Position numbers and translations under genes: made by a program. Below are positions 34,623 to 37,390 of a DNA stretch of 37,390 nucleotides, one piece after another; within the stretch, counting starts at the first letter, position 1, and each line of letters begins with the position of its first letter. Below the pieces are notes generated by a model, which was given only the letters and a program-made list of their open reading frames with translations, had not been told where the DNA came from and did no database searches. Source of the DNA: Verrucomicrobiota bacterium (GTDB lineage: Bacteria > Verrucomicrobiota > Verrucomicrobiia > Limisphaerales > AV2); assembly GCA_003219345.1 (NCBI GenBank), contig QHOP01000091.1:1-37390 (forward strand). The letters are read 5' to 3'.

Positions 34623-34676
34623 TCAGTCCCGGTCTGCGCGCTGCGCGTGAATTGGCAAACGCGCAACATTTCTTGC
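34623..34676 (+). repeat. Hairpin-containing ~55-bp extragenic repeat, copy B
   Basis: TCAGTCCCGGTCTGCGCGCTGCGCGTGAATTGGCAAACGCGCAACATTTCTTGC. It has a perfect 7-bp stem TGCGCGT (34642-34648) / ACGCGCA (34659-34665) with a 10-nt loop. It lies between the radical SAM stop and the start of the small membrane protein gene. Confidence 0.75.
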
Positions 34677-34692
34677 GACGACTCCTTCCATG

Positions 34693-35592
34693 TCAAAAAA
34701 CCTCCGCTTTCAATCCGGTGACCTCGCGCACGCATCTGGCGATACGTGACAAAGTTTTGAGAGGCAGATGGCCGCATTCGGAATGCGCCGTGGGCCGCGT
34801 CGCGGAGTAGATTTGCACCAGCGAAATCTGCGCGCCCGCGTCTTTCAGTTCCTTCAACCGTTGCGCGTAGGCTTCGATTTCTTCGGGCGGCGGTTCCTGG
34901 CCGTTGATGCTCGGAAAAAGGCTTTGGATCACAACCGCACGCTTGCGGGCGGTCAACAGAATGTTGGCCAGGATTTTTTCCAGCGACACTTGTGCGCGAT
35001 TGATCTTGTCCATGTATGCCTGTGTGCCGGCGTCAAGTTTCGCCCAGATTTCATCGCGGCTGGTGAAAAATTTCAGGCCATATTGCACGGCAGGCAAATC
35101 AAGCCCGCTGGCGTTCGTGAGGAGCACAATCTTGAAAAACGGAGACTGCCCGCGCGCGCGCACGTGCATCACGGCCTGGACGGCTTCCATGAAATCCGCG
35201 CAAAGCGTTGGCTCGCCGTCGCCGCTGAGCGCAACGTGGCGGAGTTCGAGCAGTTCTCCCGGCGTGTTTCGGTAGCAGGGCCGTTCGCGCAATCCGCCTG
35301 AACGTACGAGCGCGAGTGTGTCGGTCAGTTCCGTCGCCATCACGTCCACATCCAGATGATTTACCGCCGGTGGCAGGCCGCGATTGACCTCGCAGTATGC
35401 GCAGTCGAAGTTGCACCCATTGTCAGGGTTCAGGTTTATGCCCACGGAAAGACCGCGGGCGCGCGGCGAGATGACCACGTAAACAAATTGGTTGTCCAGA
35501 AAGTCGCGCGGGCAACCGAAGGCAGTTTCCGGCACGCAAAGCTTCGCGGACTGCGCGCGCCTGGGTTCGATAATAATTTCGTTTGAAGTCAT
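34693..35592 (-). CDS. Radical SAM protein (function unknown)
   Basis: About 299 aa from the Met at 35592. The CxxxCxxC cluster motif is GCNFDCAYCEV, and a GGE-like SAM motif is LSGDGEPTL. The longer ORF extension (to 35676) overlaps the USP gene. Confidence 0.8.
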   Translation of the reverse strand: MTSNEIIIEPRRAQSAKLCVPETAFGCPRDFLDNQFVYVVISPRARGLSVGINLNPDNGCNFDCAYCEVNRGLPPAVNHLDVDVMATELTDTLALVRSGGLRERPCYRNTPGELLELRHVALSGDGEPTLCADFMEAVQAVMHVRARGQSPFFKIVLLTNASGLDLPAVQYGLKFFTSRDEIWAKLDAGTQAYMDKINRAQVSLEKILANILLTARKRAVVIQSLFPSINGQEPPPEEIEAYAQRLKELKDAGAQISLVQIYSATRPTAHSECGHLPLKTLSRIARCVREVTGLKAEVF

Positions 35593-35624
35593 AGGTAATC
35601 GCTTAACCCGATCTGCGGGCTGCC

Positions 35625-36191
35625 TTAGTTTCCGATAAACTCGTGTTCCTGCTCGCGCACGACGAGTACCGGACATGTTGCGCGGCGGATAACATTTTCA
35701 GCCACGCTCCCCATGAAGACATGTTTCAAGCCCGTGCGACCGTGCGTGGAGATAATGATGAGGTCGCTCTCCAGCTTTTTGGCGCAATCAACGATCTCCA
35801 CTACTTCCTGACCGATCCGGACGAGCGTCTGGGCGACGGCCTGTTGTTGAATTTCTGTCGCCGCGAGCTGACCGAGTTGCTTTTCCGCGCTTTTCCGCAA
35901 ATCGGCTTCGATGAGCGGAAAGTCTATAGCGCCGAACTCCGGGCCGGCAGAGTAGTTGACATGCACGACGTGCAACAGCGTGATTGTTGCGCCGAACTGT
36001 TTGGCGAACGGAACGGCGTATCGCAGCGCCTTTTTCGAGCAGTCCGAAAAGTCAATCGGCACCAGAATGTCTTTCAAGCTAAACGGAGTCGGTTTGTTGT
36101 AGGTGTTCTGGCTGGTGCCAAGGATGGACTCGTCCTTGCGATTCAGCTCGACGATTACCTGGCCGCGTTTAGTTGCAGGTTTGATTTTCAT
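35625..36191 (-). CDS. Universal stress protein (UspA family), copy 1
   Basis: About 188 aa from the Met at 36191. Motifs are ILVPIDFSDCSKKALRYAVPFAKQFGATITLLHVV, IIISTHGRTGLKHVFMGSVAENVIRRATCPVLVV and a C-terminal REQEHEF. The ATG overlaps the upstream USP stop (ATGA). Confidence 0.85.
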   Translation of the reverse strand: MKIKPATKRGQVIVELNRKDESILGTSQNTYNKPTPFSLKDILVPIDFSDCSKKALRYAVPFAKQFGATITLLHVVHVNYSAGPEFGAIDFPLIEADLRKSAEKQLGQLAATEIQQQAVAQTLVRIGQEVVEIVDCAKKLESDLIIISTHGRTGLKHVFMGSVAENVIRRATCPVLVVREQEHEFIGN

Positions 36192-36838
36192 AAGTTCCTT
36201 TTTAGTTGACCGTGGTTGGTTGGACAAACCGCTGTTTCCGTTTTTCCGTTGAATTGTCTTAGGGACCCCGGTGAGTTGAGGGATTGCCCAATGAATTCGG
36301 GTTCGTTCTCCGGCACCATCAAAACCGGGCAAGGCGCGTGGCGGACGACGCGTTCTACCGTGCTGCCCAATGGGGCATGGTCCAGCGCGGTATAGCCGCG
36401 AGTGGCGAGGATGATCAGATCCACCTCGAGTTCTTTCGCGACCTTTGCGATTTCGTCGAATGCGACGCCGCTGCGAACCAATGTATCGCACCGGCATTTC
36501 GAATCGAGCTGCCGCCGTGCGATGGCGTCGAGGTGCGCCTGGCTCCGCTTCAAGAGGAGTGGATCAGGTTCCGTGCGAACAACGGGGCCGTACCCAAAGT
36601 CCGCGGTGTAAGGGACCGACTCGACAACGTGCAACAACACGAGCCGGGCGCCGAATCGCCGAGCGAAAGACTTCGCGTAGCGCAATGCCTTTTGCGATGG
36701 CGCGGAAAAATCAGTTGGCAGAAGGATCTTGTTGATCTTTAGGGCGGGAGGGAGCGCGGCCTTCACAGCACCGCGCCCTAACGCCAAGCGCGTGTGCGTT
36801 CCGGCCCTCGAAGGGTTGCTGTTAATTGTCGCAGTCAT
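36188..36838 (-). CDS. Universal stress protein (UspA family), copy 2
   Basis: About 216 aa from the Met at 36838 (alternative Met at 36883). Motifs are ILLPTDFSAPSQKALRYAKSFARRFGARLVLLHVV and IILATRGYTALDHAPLGSTVERVVRHAPCPVLMV. It has a ~30-aa C-terminal extension beyond the EPEFIG end shared with its paralogs. Confidence 0.8.
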   Translation of the reverse strand: MTATINSNPSRAGTHTRLALGRGAVKAALPPALKINKILLPTDFSAPSQKALRYAKSFARRFGARLVLLHVVESVPYTADFGYGPVVRTEPDPLLLKRSQAHLDAIARRQLDSKCRCDTLVRSGVAFDEIAKVAKELEVDLIILATRGYTALDHAPLGSTVERVVRHAPCPVLMVPENEPEFIGQSLNSPGSLRQFNGKTETAVCPTNHGQLKRNL

Positions 36839-36869
36839 ATTCGCCACCTGACTTGGGAGCGTTTCTGTG

Positions 36870-37379
36870 TCAGACAAATTCATGTTCCTGTTCGCGCACG
36901 ACGAGCACCGGACAGGGCGCATGGCGGACGACGCGTTCGGCTGTGCTGCCCAGCACCGCGTGCTTCAGGCCCGTGTAGCCATGAGTGGAAATAACAATCA
37001 GGTCCACCTTCAACCCGCGCGCTGCGTCGCAGATCTCCTGGAATGGTTTTCCGAACCGAACCAGCGTTTTCTCGATCAGACGCGGTTTGATCGCCTCGCG
37101 TTTGCAAAGCAAATCGAGCTTTGTCCGGAAGACCCTGGCAACCCTGTCGTTCTCCGTGAGCAAAGGAAAATTGGCGAAGTCCGGCGTAGCGATCGGTTCG
37201 ACGACGTGAAGCAAAGTAATTTTCGCGCCAAACTGCTCGGCGAACGGCAGCGCATAACGGAGCGCTTTCCCGGCGGGCTCGGAAAAGTCGATAGGCACAA
37301 GGATGGATTTCAGTTTGAGGCGCGCGGGCGTTCGTTCGCTCAGCGCAGCCGTGCCGACAGTCTTTCGCAACATGCCCAC
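36870..37379 (-). CDS. Universal stress protein (UspA family), copy 3
   Basis: 169 aa. Motifs are ILVPIDFSEPAGKALRYALPFAEQFGAKITLLHVV, IVISTHGYTGLKHAVLGSTAERVVRHAPCPVLVV and REQEHEFV. The start is close to the window edge. Confidence 0.8.
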   Translation of the reverse strand: MGMLRKTVGTAALSERTPARLKLKSILVPIDFSEPAGKALRYALPFAEQFGAKITLLHVVEPIATPDFANFPLLTENDRVARVFRTKLDLLCKREAIKPRLIEKTLVRFGKPFQEICDAARGLKVDLIVISTHGYTGLKHAVLGSTAERVVRHAPCPVLVVREQEHEFV

Positions 37380-37390
37380 ACCGGCTCGGC

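Noticed and set aside
1-37390. CRISPR arrays, rRNA genes, transposases, integrases and IS elements.
   Set aside because: I found none on either strand. There are no regularly spaced short repeats, and no DDE or tyrosine/serine recombinase-like ORFs in the track.

Overview
This is a high-GC bacterial window. The prepilin-type / H-X9-DG proteins suggest a PVC-group organism (Verrucomicrobia or Planctomycetes-like), but that is inference only.

Layout, from left to right:
- 29-7551 (minus strand): a pseudopilin, a BrnT/BrnA-like toxin-antitoxin pair, and a type IV pilus / type II secretion-type operon (PilB-like, PilT, second PilB-like, PilC/GspF) that ends in a clear intrinsic terminator.
- 7.9-11.7 kb: housekeeping or unknown genes, namely DUF72, an H-X9-DG prepilin protein and a large secreted protein.
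- 11.75-14.6 kb: an accessory-looking patch. It starts with a 45-nt tRNA-Arg 3'-half fragment (a candidate att scar). It then carries a minimal nucleotidyltransferase with an overlapping small partner, and two tandem paralogs of unknown function.
- 14.8-19.4 kb: a regulatory cluster. It contains a PAS/HisKA_3 kinase with a NarL-type regulator, a PocR-AraC regulator, a stand-alone cNMP-binding protein, and a GNAT-like gene broken by an in-frame TGA.
- 19.6-33.4 kb: a dense periplasmic and outer-membrane electron-transfer island, described below.
- 33.4-37.4 kb: a glycosidase-like gene relic, a GYD protein, a radical-SAM / small membrane protein / FeoA-like operon, and three tandem universal stress proteins.

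The electron-transfer island is the main candidate for an undescribed system. It holds nirK fused to a cytochrome c domain, nirV and an SCO-type copper chaperone, followed by a second PocR-AraC regulator. Next comes an outer-membrane beta-barrel with an N-terminal CxxCH heme motif, which is the architecture of the Cyc2 cytochrome-porins. It is followed by a soluble cytochrome c and a Rieske / cytochrome b / nine-heme cytochrome c complex. A second module then encodes a separate monoheme cytochrome c, a coiled-coil porin and a diheme cytochrome c.

The two porin/cytochrome modules are each preceded by the same ~140-bp non-coding leader, about 93% identical with a 66-nt perfect core. I read the island as a co-regulated outer-membrane-to-quinone/nitrite electron conduit. 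All functional calls rest on motifs read by eye; no searches were run.
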